From positions 20,210 to 84,209 of the IMG/VR virus record IMGVR_UViG_3300035208_003131: 64,000 nt of DNA; one strand, written 5' to 3'. Position numbers and translations under genes: made by a program. The notes under the pieces were generated by a model, which was not told the DNA's origin, did no database searches, and saw only the letters and a program-made list of their open reading frames with translations. Below are positions 18,304 to 27,657 of this stretch, in pieces. Position 1 is the first letter of the stretch, and each line of letters opens with the position of its first letter. The stretch comes from a virus (Duplodnaviria > Caudoviricetes).

Positions 18304-19534
18304 TTTTATTTGTCCATTCGATTAGTTTCTGTTTTCTAAAAATAGAAAACTTTTCATGATCGTAGGACATTTTTTTTATAATTAATTGATTTTCAAGTTG
18401 CATATATAATTTCGTAGGTGAAGAATACATAAGCTGAATTGCATCAACTTTAGTTCGACTAACCATTTCTTGGAATATATCCGAATCAATTTCAATTTTT
18501 TCATCTGAAAGCATAGCTAAATCAGTTCGAACTGAAATTGTATATCGACCATCAATTCCACAAGTTAAATCAGCCTCACCATCACTTACTTTTTCAATCG
18601 TGAGCATTGATATATTAGACTGTTTATTGAGTCTATTAATAAGCTTCATTGTCGATTCAAGTAGCTCCGCATCTATGATGAAATAACGTTTATTATTATC
18701 TTCATTAAATGTATAAACTTCATGCTTTTCAGTAAGTCTATAATAAAATTCATAATCATCAGTACTTAACATTACAACATCATTGTCATATAAATTAAAT
18801 ACAAGATCATATATATGACCAGTACTAATCATTAACTGAAAAATATTCATTGGGATGTAAATTGACACATCAGTATCATATACTTCATCGTCGGTTTGTT
18901 TAATTGACAATTCACTTATGAACCCATTATAATCGGCTTGGTATTTAAGTTTACCATTCTCAACTATAATATTTACCCCATCAAGATTATTCTCAACATT
19001 CAATTCACTCATAATAGTATGAAATGTAATTGCGTTCATTGTAATACTTGTAATCTTTTTAGATTTGCATTCAGTGATTGCAGGAGTTGCACCAGTACCT
19101 TGGATCTTAAATCTAATTTCAAGTTCGTCGATACCTTTTTCTTCATTATAAAAACTATTAAGAACAAGTTCGTTGTCCTCTTCATCAATCCAAAATGTAA
19201 TTAATTCATCCGGGCAGTTTTCAATTGCGTTGTATAAATCATACATATTAACAGATACACCCCTTTCAAGAATTGCACCTGATACTTTATCATGTGGATG
19301 TATTTCACTCCACATACCATTATCATCAGTAAACCTAATAACCTTAAGTTCACTACCATCTATTTCTCGTGAGAAGCAATCCATATGGATAAGAGCACAT
19401 TCAGCACTCGATTCATCGGAAAGGCCGCTCGCAAAATGTTTTAATCGATTTGCTATATTACTAAAAGGACTTACAACCATCATAATTGGGTTGAATTCAC
19501 CTTCTACTGTATCATTTTTTTCTATTTCGTTCAT
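18296..19534 (-). CDS. DnaN (beta-clamp)-like three-domain protein
   Basis: A repeated strand-helix-strand register (GVSVNMYDLYNAIENCPDELITF; SITMNAITFHTIM...LDGVNIIVENGKL; FIIDAELLESTMKLIN...MLTIE) parallels DnaN domains 1-3; 412 aa. Confidence 0.55.
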   Translation of the reverse strand: MNEIEKNDTVEGEFNPIMMVVSPFSNIANRLKHFASGLSDESSAECALIHMDCFSREIDGSELKVIRFTDDNGMWSEIHPHDKVSGAILERGVSVNMYDLYNAIENCPDELITFWIDEEDNELVLNSFYNEEKGIDELEIRFKIQGTGATPAITECKSKKITSITMNAITFHTIMSELNVENNLDGVNIIVENGKLKYQADYNGFISELSIKQTDDEVYDTDVSIYIPMNIFQLMISTGHIYDLVFNLYDNDVVMLSTDDYEFYYRLTEKHEVYTFNEDNNKRYFIIDAELLESTMKLINRLNKQSNISMLTIEKVSDGEADLTCGIDGRYTISVRTDLAMLSDEKIEIDSDIFQEMVSRTKVDAIQLMYSSPTKLYMQLENQLIIKKMSYDHEKFSIFRKQKLIEWTNKND

Positions 19535-19575
19535 GTAGACCTCATTTATGTATAATATATTTTTTTATACATAAC

Positions 19576-19610
19576 AAAAAAGAGAGAATTTATATTCTCT
19601 CTTTATTTTT
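19576..19610. terminator. Intrinsic terminator
   Basis: AGAGAGAAT-TTAT-ATTCTCTCT 9-bp stem flanked by A and T runs. Confidence 0.8.
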
Positions 19611-19628
19611 TATATGACACTACTTTAA

Positions 19629-21200
19629 TTAAGCATTAGGAAATTCATTTAATTCCTTTCCATCAACATCAGATTCAACTTCTTTACGTAGTGCGTCGTC
19701 ATCGGCATCCTCATCCTCAGTTGCATCTGATATCTCGGTAAATATATCGTCAATTTCACCGTCATCAGAAGTTGTGTCATCAATGAATTCATCGAACTCA
19801 CCTAGACCATCGAAATCTTTTTCCTTTTCACCACCCATTTCTTCAAAATCATCAAACATTTCATTATCCAACGCATCGCTTACGTCTTCATCGCCACGCA
19901 TACCTGGAAGTTCCGCTTGTAACCATGAATCAAATTGACCATCATCAAGTGAAAGTTTTTCTTCGATTCTATCAAGATCTTCTTCTTTCAATTCAATTGA
20001 ATCAAGTGAAGGATATACTTTCAAAAATTTGTCGATGATTTCTGAATTTGCATCATTTTTTATACCAGCACTTCCGTTAAGAATCTCATCAGATGTAAGT
20101 AGAACACCTTCACCGTCTTGCATTTTAGTTGCAACACTTGCAGCTACAAGTTTTTGCATTGAATCAAGTGATGAATTTAACCAATCACTTTTTTCTCTAA
20201 ATGCCATAAAGTTTACATCTTCTTCAGTTGTGAATTCATCGCCAGTGTCGTTAACACCTTTATCTCCACCTTCATCTCCACCACCGATACCACCGATACC
20301 ACCAGCACCACCAATATCATTAAATCCAGACATATCAACATCCGAACCAAAGTCCATGTCATCGCCTTCCATTGAGAAATCAGCTTCACCAAATTCTTCC
20401 GAGTTTACGTCAGCCGCATCACCACCAACATCACCACCAAGCTCATCAACACCTTCTTCAGCATCTTCTAAGCCAAGGTCCTCTTCATCGTCTGTAGCCT
20501 CTACAAGAGACATTAGAGCGGCCATACGCCTAACATCAACAGATTCACCAATTCCAGCACCAGCAACCCAGTTAGGAGACATATCTGTCATCCCACCGCT
20601 TTTATTACTGATATAGTATTCATCATCATAATCACCTAAACCCATAGCTTCTTTTGATTGAATCATCTCATCAACTTGAGTAAGGATTGAAGCACCGAAG
20701 TTACTAACATATGCTTCGTCTTCTAAAGACAATTCATAAATATTATCATCAACATCATCAACAGATAATTTTACAGTGATTTTATCATTAGCATTTGGAT
20801 ACATTAATTCAATATGTACAGATTCACCCGCACGTGTCATACCTAATTTGGCATGAGTCTTATCAAGAACAAGACTTCCAAGATCTAAACGGAACGCATT
20901 TGGTTGACTATTTTCAAGGATAGCAGATTCAGCAAGTAATTTCGTACTGATATCTTTCATATCACTTTGTTGTGGCTTCCAAGTACTTTCAAATTTGATT
21001 GTAGAACCTGGATTAGCTAAACTTGTATTCAAGTTTTTACGAGAGTCATCAAGCAATTGACCCTTTCCATCCGGAGTAGGCATAAAATTACCAATTTTCT
21101 TAAGAAAATCGGTTTTCTCAAATGCGTGATTATTTTTAGGGCCATTGTCAATCTTTTGATTTTGCAACGCACCTAATATATCATTTTTATTCATTTTCAT
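19629..21200 (-). CDS. Late, highly acidic protein (candidate prohead core/internal head protein)
   Basis: Very D/E/G-rich, with LAES, ILEN, IGES and LVEA motifs; late promoter at 21230-21238. Confidence 0.5.
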   Translation of the reverse strand: MKMNKNDILGALQNQKIDNGPKNNHAFEKTDFLKKIGNFMPTPDGKGQLLDDSRKNLNTSLANPGSTIKFESTWKPQQSDMKDISTKLLAESAILENSQPNAFRLDLGSLVLDKTHAKLGMTRAGESVHIELMYPNANDKITVKLSVDDVDDNIYELSLEDEAYVSNFGASILTQVDEMIQSKEAMGLGDYDDEYYISNKSGGMTDMSPNWVAGAGIGESVDVRRMAALMSLVEATDDEEDLGLEDAEEGVDELGGDVGGDAADVNSEEFGEADFSMEGDDMDFGSDVDMSGFNDIGGAGGIGGIGGGDEGGDKGVNDTGDEFTTEEDVNFMAFREKSDWLNSSLDSMQKLVAASVATKMQDGEGVLLTSDEILNGSAGIKNDANSEIIDKFLKVYPSLDSIELKEEDLDRIEEKLSLDDGQFDSWLQAELPGMRGDEDVSDALDNEMFDDFEEMGGEKEKDFDGLGEFDEFIDDTTSDDGEIDDIFTEISDATEDEDADDDALRKEVESDVDGKELNEFPNA

Positions 21201-21229
21201 AACGTAACCTAAATTATAACAGTTATTAT

Positions 21230-21238
21230 TAGTTTATA
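21230..21238 (-). promoter_or_regulatory. Late promoter TATAAACTA
   Basis: Exact motif 30 nt upstream of ORF 19629-21200. Confidence 0.7.
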
Positions 21239-21289
21239 AATAACTGATTTTGGCGTATTATTAAATGATTTTAAAATGAATTTGGTGTA

Positions 21290-22141
21290 TTATTCAATGA
21301 TGTCGAAATTATTTTGACTTTGTGATGTACTTTCAGTTGCTCCAATAAACACTTCAATATCATCTTTACCATCAACGGCAACTTTACCAAAAGCTTTGAA
21401 CCCAACTAAATTACGATTCTCACCAGTATATCTAAGTTCAACCTCGAAATCTATTTTAAAATATGACATAAAATTAAAAATACGAGCGGGAAACTGTCTA
21501 AATTTATCAATACCATCAGACGCAAGTACCGTACTGTTATTAATCTTACATTTCACAGGATCAATCTGACGGGTAACTTGTTGACGTTCAATACCACGCA
21601 TATAGAATGATACATCAGTGTTTACAGTTACTCCGAAAAATTCACAACCTTTCATTAATTTAATATCATTAGTTAATTTATCCAAATCATCTTGAGTTAC
21701 AATAAAAGATGATACTAATTCCATTGGATCTTTATCACGAGAAATAGGAACTTTTTTGTCTCGTTTAGTTTCAAATCGAGTGGGGTCAGCCACAATCATG
21801 CGATACTTAACATACTCATCATTCAGCACAACACATTCAAATGATTTACCTTTAGTCGAAGTTTCAGTAGCAATATTGATATCACCAACTTTCGGATAAT
21901 TAATGGCTTTGATATAATCCATTAATTCACCAATATTAGCAACACCGAACTCATTTTGATATGTAGCATGTTGGTCACTTGTTTTTACATGAACCAACGC
22001 TCCCATATCCATCAAAGATATCATTGATGAATTATCTTCTTTAAAAAAAAGAATTTCATTTTTCTTTGTACCTTTAGATACTTTTAGAAAATTTTTTAAA
22101 ACTTCAATATATTCATCCGAGAATTTTATTCCATTTGACAT
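21290..22141 (-). CDS. gp45: Sliding clamp (T4 gp45)
   Basis: N-terminal IKFSDEYIEVLKNF and FGVANIGELMDYI match the gp45 pattern (MKLSk.tl.iLKNF; F.IyDl.efL). Confidence 0.8.
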   Translation of the reverse strand: MSNGIKFSDEYIEVLKNFLKVSKGTKKNEILFFKEDNSSMISLMDMGALVHVKTSDQHATYQNEFGVANIGELMDYIKAINYPKVGDINIATETSTKGKSFECVVLNDEYVKYRMIVADPTRFETKRDKKVPISRDKDPMELVSSFIVTQDDLDKLTNDIKLMKGCEFFGVTVNTDVSFYMRGIERQQVTRQIDPVKCKINNSTVLASDGIDKFRQFPARIFNFMSYFKIDFEVELRYTGENRNLVGFKAFGKVAVDGKDDIEVFIGATESTSQSQNNFDIIE

Positions 22142-22162
22142 ACAAACTCCTTATATGTCTGT

Positions 22163-22172
22163 AAATATACCA
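22163..22172 (-). promoter_or_regulatory. Early/middle promoter TGGTATATTT (gp45)
   Basis: Motif variant 22 nt upstream of the start. Confidence 0.5.
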
Positions 22173-22194
22173 ATTCATTTGGAAAATTGGGAAT

Positions 22195-22224
22195 AAAAAA
22201 AGCGACCTTCGTGCGAAAGTCGCT
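22195..22224 (-). terminator. Intrinsic terminator after ORF 22266-22856
   Basis: AGCGAC...GTCGCT stem with an inner TTCG/CGAA pair, followed by T6 on the minus strand. Confidence 0.7.
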
Positions 22225-22265
22225 ATAAATATATTATATTGTGTAGCATAGAATAATTTATTATA

Positions 22266-22856
22266 CTATTTATTATACTTTGCTTTATTTTTTACTTCAT
22301 TTATCAATTCACGAACACCAGTAATATCATATTCAGATATAAATGCAGATATACCAGAAATTAAATTAGTTAATTCATCATCAGGTAAGTTTTTAAATAA
22401 TTGTTTAAGAACAGTTAAAAATTTAGATTTGTCTTTAATAGTAATTTCAGTTGCAAGTTGTGGTACTTTACGAGACCCATCCATTGCACTCTTTAATTCA
22501 TCACCACTTACATCATCAAGCCCAAGAGCCGAATTAATATGAGGAATTGTATCAACTGAATTAGACATAGAATCAGCTTCATTAATTTTTTTTAACTGTG
22601 ATGTTAATAATTTATCAATCATACCGATATTACTATTAATTTGATTGATATCATAAGTACGATCAACACTTTCATTCATAGAAACTTGATGATCCCCATA
22701 AGTATATAAATCGTTTACAGCACGATTGTACATTCCAATTCCATCATCGATAGGAGCATTTACATTATTTCCTAAATGAGTAGACATTTCACCTTGAGTA
22801 TTGTCTTCAATACCTAGACTTAGATCTTTAAGATCTTCAAATCCATTAATATTCAT
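22266..22856 (-). CDS. Late hypothetical protein with the shared helical module near its C-terminus
   Basis: MNES, INEA and INEV motifs, plus KSKFLTVLKQLFKNLPDDELTNLISG; late promoter at 22880-22888. Confidence 0.55.
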   Translation of the reverse strand: MNINGFEDLKDLSLGIEDNTQGEMSTHLGNNVNAPIDDGIGMYNRAVNDLYTYGDHQVSMNESVDRTYDINQINSNIGMIDKLLTSQLKKINEADSMSNSVDTIPHINSALGLDDVSGDELKSAMDGSRKVPQLATEITIKDKSKFLTVLKQLFKNLPDDELTNLISGISAFISEYDITGVRELINEVKNKAKYNK

Positions 22857-22879
22857 ATTTAATTACCTGATATTTTATA

Positions 22880-22888
22880 TAGTTTATA
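22880..22888 (-). promoter_or_regulatory. Late promoter TATAAACTA
   Basis: Exact motif 24 nt upstream of the ORF 22856 start. Confidence 0.7.
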
Positions 22889-23971
22889 TTAACTAAAGAT
22901 TGAACGAGGTAACATACTTTGCCACTTAGATGTAAAATATGATTGATCATTCATCATATCTTCATCATCTCTATGTCTAGTTACATTATCAAATTGCATG
23001 CATGATGATTTAATCTGAGCTGCAGCCAATCCACGAGACGCACATTGCATTGAAATATCAGCCATGTAATGATAAAACCCACCTACTATATTCTCAGACA
23101 TTTCAGTGAAATCCATTTGCATAAATGTTTCACCACGAACTGCAATAAATGGACCATGGACAATTAGAACTCGATTCTTTGGTTTAGTTTTAAATTCATG
23201 TCCAACGATAAAATCCCAATTGATATCATTGATTGCACCTTGAATATAACATCCACGAAAATTATGTACAGGAAATCCTTCAACATCATACCATCGTCCA
23301 GACGCACGAATTTCTTGGAATCCATATGAACCAGCAATATGAGTAGTTGGGTTAAGTTCTTCAAGTCGTGTGATTAAATTACGGTCATTTAACATCGACG
23401 AGTCATTACTAATAATGATCCACTTCGGTGCATTCGCTGGATTCTCACCACGAGCTGTTTTAATTTTTTCTTGAACTGTAATAAGGTGTTCAAATGCATT
23501 TTTCTTACTTGTATTTCCAAACCCAGGGATACCCATTAATATACGAGGACAAATATCGACACCATCTTTGTAAATTTCACTTCGATGTTGATTCATCACA
23601 ACATGAATAGCTCTATCACTTACAGCTTCAGCAAGGAATGCATGACTTCGTGTACTAAATTTACTTTGTTTACTTGATCTAATACCAAGTTCTTTTTTGG
23701 TTTTATTTATAGTCTTACGTTTCTTTGAAGCTTTCTTTTTCATCTTAGTGATTTTAACTTCTTTTACATCAGCAGCTTCTTCAATTGCTGCATCGAATGC
23801 ATCACCTATAACACCATCACCTTCAAAAAACTCACCATCACCTTCACCCTCGAAAGTATTACCCTCGATAAATTCAGGATTCATGTCTTTATTAGTTCGA
23901 TTGTTTAAAATTTCATCTGCTTGATTATCTATGTCAGCCATTGTTACCTCAAAAATATGGTCGGATTTCAT
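22889..23971 (-). CDS. Protein with a C-terminal StrF/Glyco_tranf_2_5-like GT-A domain
   Basis: WIIISND...IAGSYG...VLIVHGPFIAVR...GFYHYMADISMQ...G parallels this family (l.fvHqD, GvaG, vDg.ll, gfhfYd.d.c). The canonical acidic residues are partly replaced. Confidence 0.5.
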   Translation of the reverse strand: MKSDHIFEVTMADIDNQADEILNNRTNKDMNPEFIEGNTFEGEGDGEFFEGDGVIGDAFDAAIEEAADVKEVKITKMKKKASKKRKTINKTKKELGIRSSKQSKFSTRSHAFLAEAVSDRAIHVVMNQHRSEIYKDGVDICPRILMGIPGFGNTSKKNAFEHLITVQEKIKTARGENPANAPKWIIISNDSSMLNDRNLITRLEELNPTTHIAGSYGFQEIRASGRWYDVEGFPVHNFRGCYIQGAINDINWDFIVGHEFKTKPKNRVLIVHGPFIAVRGETFMQMDFTEMSENIVGGFYHYMADISMQCASRGLAAAQIKSSCMQFDNVTRHRDDEDMMNDQSYFTSKWQSMLPRSIFS

Positions 23972-25184
23972 CCGTTCGTTTACTTTGGATTCTCATCTGC
24001 TCATAACGTTTTTTAAGCTTTTGCTTACGTTTCTTTTCACGATTACCATGAATAAGAGTGAGTAGTATTGATGCACCTTCTGATACCATAATATACTTTT
24101 TTAAATCGTCTGATATAATAAAACCATTATTATCCAATCTAAATTTATTTGTATACATGACAGCATCATTCATATCTTTGATTTTACGTTCTTTCATCAC
24201 ACCATTTTCATCGGTGTAATATTGATATTGAGATAATGGAGTAATATCTCTCCAGTCAAACCACTTAAACCCAAGATCAACAGTTTTCGGAATCTCATCG
24301 TATCCAGCTTCATCATTATCCCATATCACAGTACCATTATGAGCATGTTCAGCAATATGTGGAAATTGGTTTAAAAATGACATTAAATGCTTTGTTCCAC
24401 CAAACGCAACTGAATTACGAACAAATGTAGAATCAATAGAACCTTCAAATAAAAAAAATGGTTCATTTACATTTAAAAAATCTCCGTTATATAATTCTCT
24501 ATCAGCACCTTCAAGGTTTCGATAACGAAGAAATGATTTTTCATTTAAATCACGAGCATCAAATTGAACCCAATCACCACCATATCTATAATATGGAATA
24601 ATTAAACGATTACCATATTCATTTCCAATTGGAATACCTTTATCATTATATATATAATTTCCATCGGGTCCTCTTACTATAAACTTAGAATCCTTAAGGC
24701 ATACATACCAGTGACTATAAATTGATTTAGGTATCTTACGACTAATACAATAATTAAGAGCTATTTTAGCAGTTGGGTGGGCATCAGTAATTCCAATCAA
24801 TTCACCTTTTTGGAATTTATATATATTAGTACCTTTAAACGTTGCTTCTTGTTTTGGAATTACTTTTTTAGTTTTTTTCTTCCAATCACTTCGATCAAAT
24901 GCATGAAATAATACATTTCGATAAACATCATTATGTCGCTCTTTAAGGAATTTAAAAAAACTCATTGACCCACATTCATTATGACAATGATATATCCAAT
25001 TACTATCTTTAAACAAAACGTAACCACGTTTAATATGTGGATTCTTTTTTGAATCACCACAAATTGGACATCTGAAATTATATGGAGTTGTACCGGTACC
25101 ACCACTTAAATTACAATCACCAAGTGTTTCCTTTACTGCGTCATGTAAAACGTAGTCAGGTATTTGTTCAAAATTAAACGCCAT
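23949..25184 (-). CDS. gp61: DNA primase (T4 gp61)
   Basis: Zn ribbon CPICGDS...HCHNECG; TOPRIM motifs LFEGSID, WDNDEAG and KDMND. Confidence 0.93.
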   Translation of the reverse strand: MAFNFEQIPDYVLHDAVKETLGDCNLSGGTGTTPYNFRCPICGDSKKNPHIKRGYVLFKDSNWIYHCHNECGSMSFFKFLKERHNDVYRNVLFHAFDRSDWKKKTKKVIPKQEATFKGTNIYKFQKGELIGITDAHPTAKIALNYCISRKIPKSIYSHWYVCLKDSKFIVRGPDGNYIYNDKGIPIGNEYGNRLIIPYYRYGGDWVQFDARDLNEKSFLRYRNLEGADRELYNGDFLNVNEPFFLFEGSIDSTFVRNSVAFGGTKHLMSFLNQFPHIAEHAHNGTVIWDNDEAGYDEIPKTVDLGFKWFDWRDITPLSQYQYYTDENGVMKERKIKDMNDAVMYTNKFRLDNNGFIISDDLKKYIMVSEGASILLTLIHGNREKKRKQKLKKRYEQMRIQSKRTDEIRPYF

Positions 25185-25407
25185 TTTCTTTTAAATCCTT
25201 AAGAGTATCCTCTATAAACTTTAAATATACAAAAGTTCTTAGATAATTAGAAAATATTCCATCAGATTTTAAAATATGCTTGTTATTATAACCTCGCCCA
25301 TATCGGCGAATTCGTGATAATCCTTCCATCTGGATAAGCTGTTTCGCAATACCATCATAGATGTCAAGTTCATTATTTATAGATTTTTTTATATTTTTAT
25401 GTTTCAT
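25174..25407 (-). CDS. Hypothetical protein (77 aa)
   Basis: ORF overlapping the primase start; no recognisable motif. Confidence 0.55.
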   Translation of the reverse strand: MKHKNIKKSINNELDIYDGIAKQLIQMEGLSRIRRYGRGYNNKHILKSDGIFSNYLRTFVYLKFIEDTLKDLKENGV

Positions 25408-25417
25408 TTATACCAAC

Positions 25418-25447
25418 AAAAAAGGAGAGGAATAATCCTCTCCTTCT
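25418..25447. terminator. Intrinsic terminator after gp32
   Basis: AAGGAGAGGA-ATAA-TCCTCTCCTT 10-bp perfect stem with a T-run on the minus strand. Confidence 0.85.
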
Positions 25448-25469
25448 AAAATATATCATTTATAAATGA

Positions 25470-26543
25470 TTAGAACGGTAAATCATCATCAGCACTATCT
25501 GAAATCTCAGGTGCTGATTCAGTCACAGGTGTAAAATCAGTAGGAGCTGATACACTTGTATCATCACTATTCATATCAAACATATCATCAGACTTCTCAG
25601 TCACCGCAGTGTTTCCACCTTCAGTGCCTTCGAAATATAATGATGCATCACCAGTTGAAACATTTTTCGCTGGAGCCGCAGTATTACCTGGAGCCGCACT
25701 GCGATTAGCTTGAACATCATTTGCAAGAGCGTTACGTTCTTTAGCTTCAACTAGAGCTACAAACTCATTATATTGATTCATTAATTCCTCAGATGTAGGC
25801 ACATCACGATATTCACTAAGATCATGACATTGTTCAAGTACAGCCATTATATCTTCAGACGTTCCAGCTATATCACTTAAACCATCTTCATCCCAATACG
25901 AATTATCGTATGTTGGCATATCATTTGATGGATTACGTTCAACAATAACAAAACGATCACGTCCATTGCGAGGACTATATGGAACAAATTTTTCTTTTGC
26001 TTTTTTAAATTTAGGTTTATCTTCACCGGGTTTAGACTCATCATCACGAAGAGGATCCATTAAAGTACTATTGATATGATCAGTGTGATCCCATTTTAAT
26101 ACTTTACCATCATTAACAGGTTTAGTCAAATCTTCACGAACAAGAATATTAATTACATGTCGAGTTGATGGAAGTCTACTCTTACCAAGATCCATTAAAA
26201 CTTTGTTGTTTTTATCTTTTCCCGCATTATAAATAGCCCATGCTGCTTCGCATATAGGACAAGCTTCATCAATAGTCTTACGACACGGTACGTTTTTATA
26301 AATTTTATTTACAGGATCTTTAAGATAATGCATCATATATGATACAGATGCTGGGAGTTTATTTTTAACTCCGTTTAAACCCTGTGGTAGTAAACGAATC
26401 TTAGCTTCATATTCTTTTACATCTCTTCCAATTGTTGGTTTCCATAATGTAGGGTCTATTTGTTTACCGTTTCCAGAATCAGCGTTCTGTGCCTCGATAG
26501 CGGCAGCTTGATCAGTATCGATCGTTAAAAAATCTTCAGACAT
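25470..26543 (-). CDS. gp32: Single-stranded DNA-binding protein (T4 gp32)
   Basis: LWKPT...AKIRLLP, Zn site CRKTIDEACPICE, INILVREDL, YDNSYW and an acidic tail ending DDDLPF. Confidence 0.93.
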   Translation of the reverse strand: MSEDFLTIDTDQAAAIEAQNADSGNGKQIDPTLWKPTIGRDVKEYEAKIRLLPQGLNGVKNKLPASVSYMMHYLKDPVNKIYKNVPCRKTIDEACPICEAAWAIYNAGKDKNNKVLMDLGKSRLPSTRHVINILVREDLTKPVNDGKVLKWDHTDHINSTLMDPLRDDESKPGEDKPKFKKAKEKFVPYSPRNGRDRFVIVERNPSNDMPTYDNSYWDEDGLSDIAGTSEDIMAVLEQCHDLSEYRDVPTSEELMNQYNEFVALVEAKERNALANDVQANRSAAPGNTAAPAKNVSTGDASLYFEGTEGGNTAVTEKSDDMFDMNSDDTSVSAPTDFTPVTESAPEISDSADDDLPF

Positions 26544-26614
26544 TTTGTACTCCTTAGTGGTTGTATTTAACCGATTTATTTGTCATTTGTTTTTGTAAGT
26601 CTTAATTATAAGAC
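26544..26614 (-). promoter_or_regulatory. Candidate gp32 translational autoregulatory leader
   Basis: 5' hairpin GUCUUA-UAAU-UAAGAC, then an A-rich ACAAA-repeat tract, a small GGUU/AACC hairpin and an AAGGAG SD. Confidence 0.4.
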
Positions 26615-26620
26615 ATAAAG

Positions 26621-26630
26621 AAAGATACAT
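26621..26630 (-). promoter_or_regulatory. Early/middle promoter ATGTATCTTT (gp32)
   Basis: Variant of the recurring TAT(A/C)TTT motif upstream of the gp32 leader. Confidence 0.45.
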
Positions 26631-26678
26631 CATTTGAAGTGACTTTATGAACTTTTTTTATGTCTTTATTAAATTTAA

Positions 26679-27332
26679 TTAGAGATTCATCTTAGCCTTC
26701 GTGGACGCAATTTTTAATTGTTCCGCATTAGCTTGTTCTTGTTTTTTCTGTTCAATGAACAAAACTTTTGATTCTTCAATTATATTCGAAATATTGATCG
26801 AAGTTTCATATGAATTATCACCATGATATGCTTTCATTGCTCTATTTGCTTCATCGACAATCTTAGATTCAGGTAATGATAAATAACGTTTAGTCATATT
26901 TTCAATAATAGATAAATCAATAAATTTCTTATCATGTTCATTATCACCTTTAAGTGCTTCACCATAATCTTCAACTTCATCTCCATATGAAGAATTTGGA
27001 TTGAAATCAGCCGCACCTAAATTAGCTTGATTCATAAACTCAGATGCTGCTGCCTCATCTAACACCTCGTCATCATTAAGTTTAACCTCTTCCGTATACT
27101 CTTCAGGTGCAGCCGTAACATGTTTCCCGATAAATGGATTGTTAGCACGATGAGCATCAAGCCATGATCCAAATTCTTTAGTTTTAACCGGAAGATTATT
27201 AATTGAACCTCCAGCATGTTCTACTATGTCAAACTTATCTACATCAGTTTGTACAGATTGACGTTCAATTTCAATCTCTTTATTGATTGAAGCAAATGCT
27301 TCCCCTTTTTTAATTACTTTCTTTCGGGCCAT
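26679..27332 (-). CDS. Hypothetical acidic protein (217 aa)
   Basis: ORF in the gp41-gp32 operon; no recognisable motif. Confidence 0.6.
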   Translation of the reverse strand: MARKKVIKKGEAFASINKEIEIERQSVQTDVDKFDIVEHAGGSINNLPVKTKEFGSWLDAHRANNPFIGKHVTAAPEEYTEEVKLNDDEVLDEAAASEFMNQANLGAADFNPNSSYGDEVEDYGEALKGDNEHDKKFIDLSIIENMTKRYLSLPESKIVDEANRAMKAYHGDNSYETSINISNIIEESKVLFIEQKKQEQANAEQLKIASTKAKMNL

Positions 27333-27657
27333 CGTTCATTTTCCGTGCTGCTGTGTTCATATGGTATGCCTCTTCCATTTCGGACTTAATAAGTATGGTA
27401 AGTTCAGGATCAAGCACATTTTGTACAAGTGGTTCCATATCAAAAAACTCTTGTAATGCTAAAATAATATGAAATAGTTTAACATCCTGATCTTTATATC
27501 GATTATATACAATAGTAAGAGCGTAATTAAACTTTTCAGCATTTTTCTTAAATTTATGTTCTGGCATATATAATGTAAAGGGATCAATGTCATCCGGTGA
27601 CCTTTTAGTCATCAAAATTTCATTAATTTCTTTTACATAGTTGCGATCTAATGGCAT
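27310..27657 (-). CDS. Possible late-transcription coactivator (gp33-like)
   Basis: FNYALTIVY...IILALQEFFDMEPLVQNVLDPELTILIKSEMEEAYHM loosely follows the gp33 helical pattern (li...Lk.kik.Ea); size and position near gp32 agree. Confidence 0.35.
   Translation of the reverse strand: MPLDRNYVKEINEILMTKRSPDDIDPFTLYMPEHKFKKNAEKFNYALTIVYNRYKDQDVKLFHIILALQEFFDMEPLVQNVLDPELTILIKSEMEEAYHMNTAARKMNDGPKESN

Noticed and set aside
18712-25221. TATAAACTT at 18712 and 25213 as late promoters
   Set aside because: Both are inside genes, antisense, with no downstream start. They lack the final A and are consistent with chance in AT-rich DNA.
26679-27332. Helicase loader gp59 (same 217-aa length as T4 gp59 and next to gp32)
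   Set aside because: The protein is acidic and shows none of the basic, aromatic gp59 pattern. Length and position alone are not enough.
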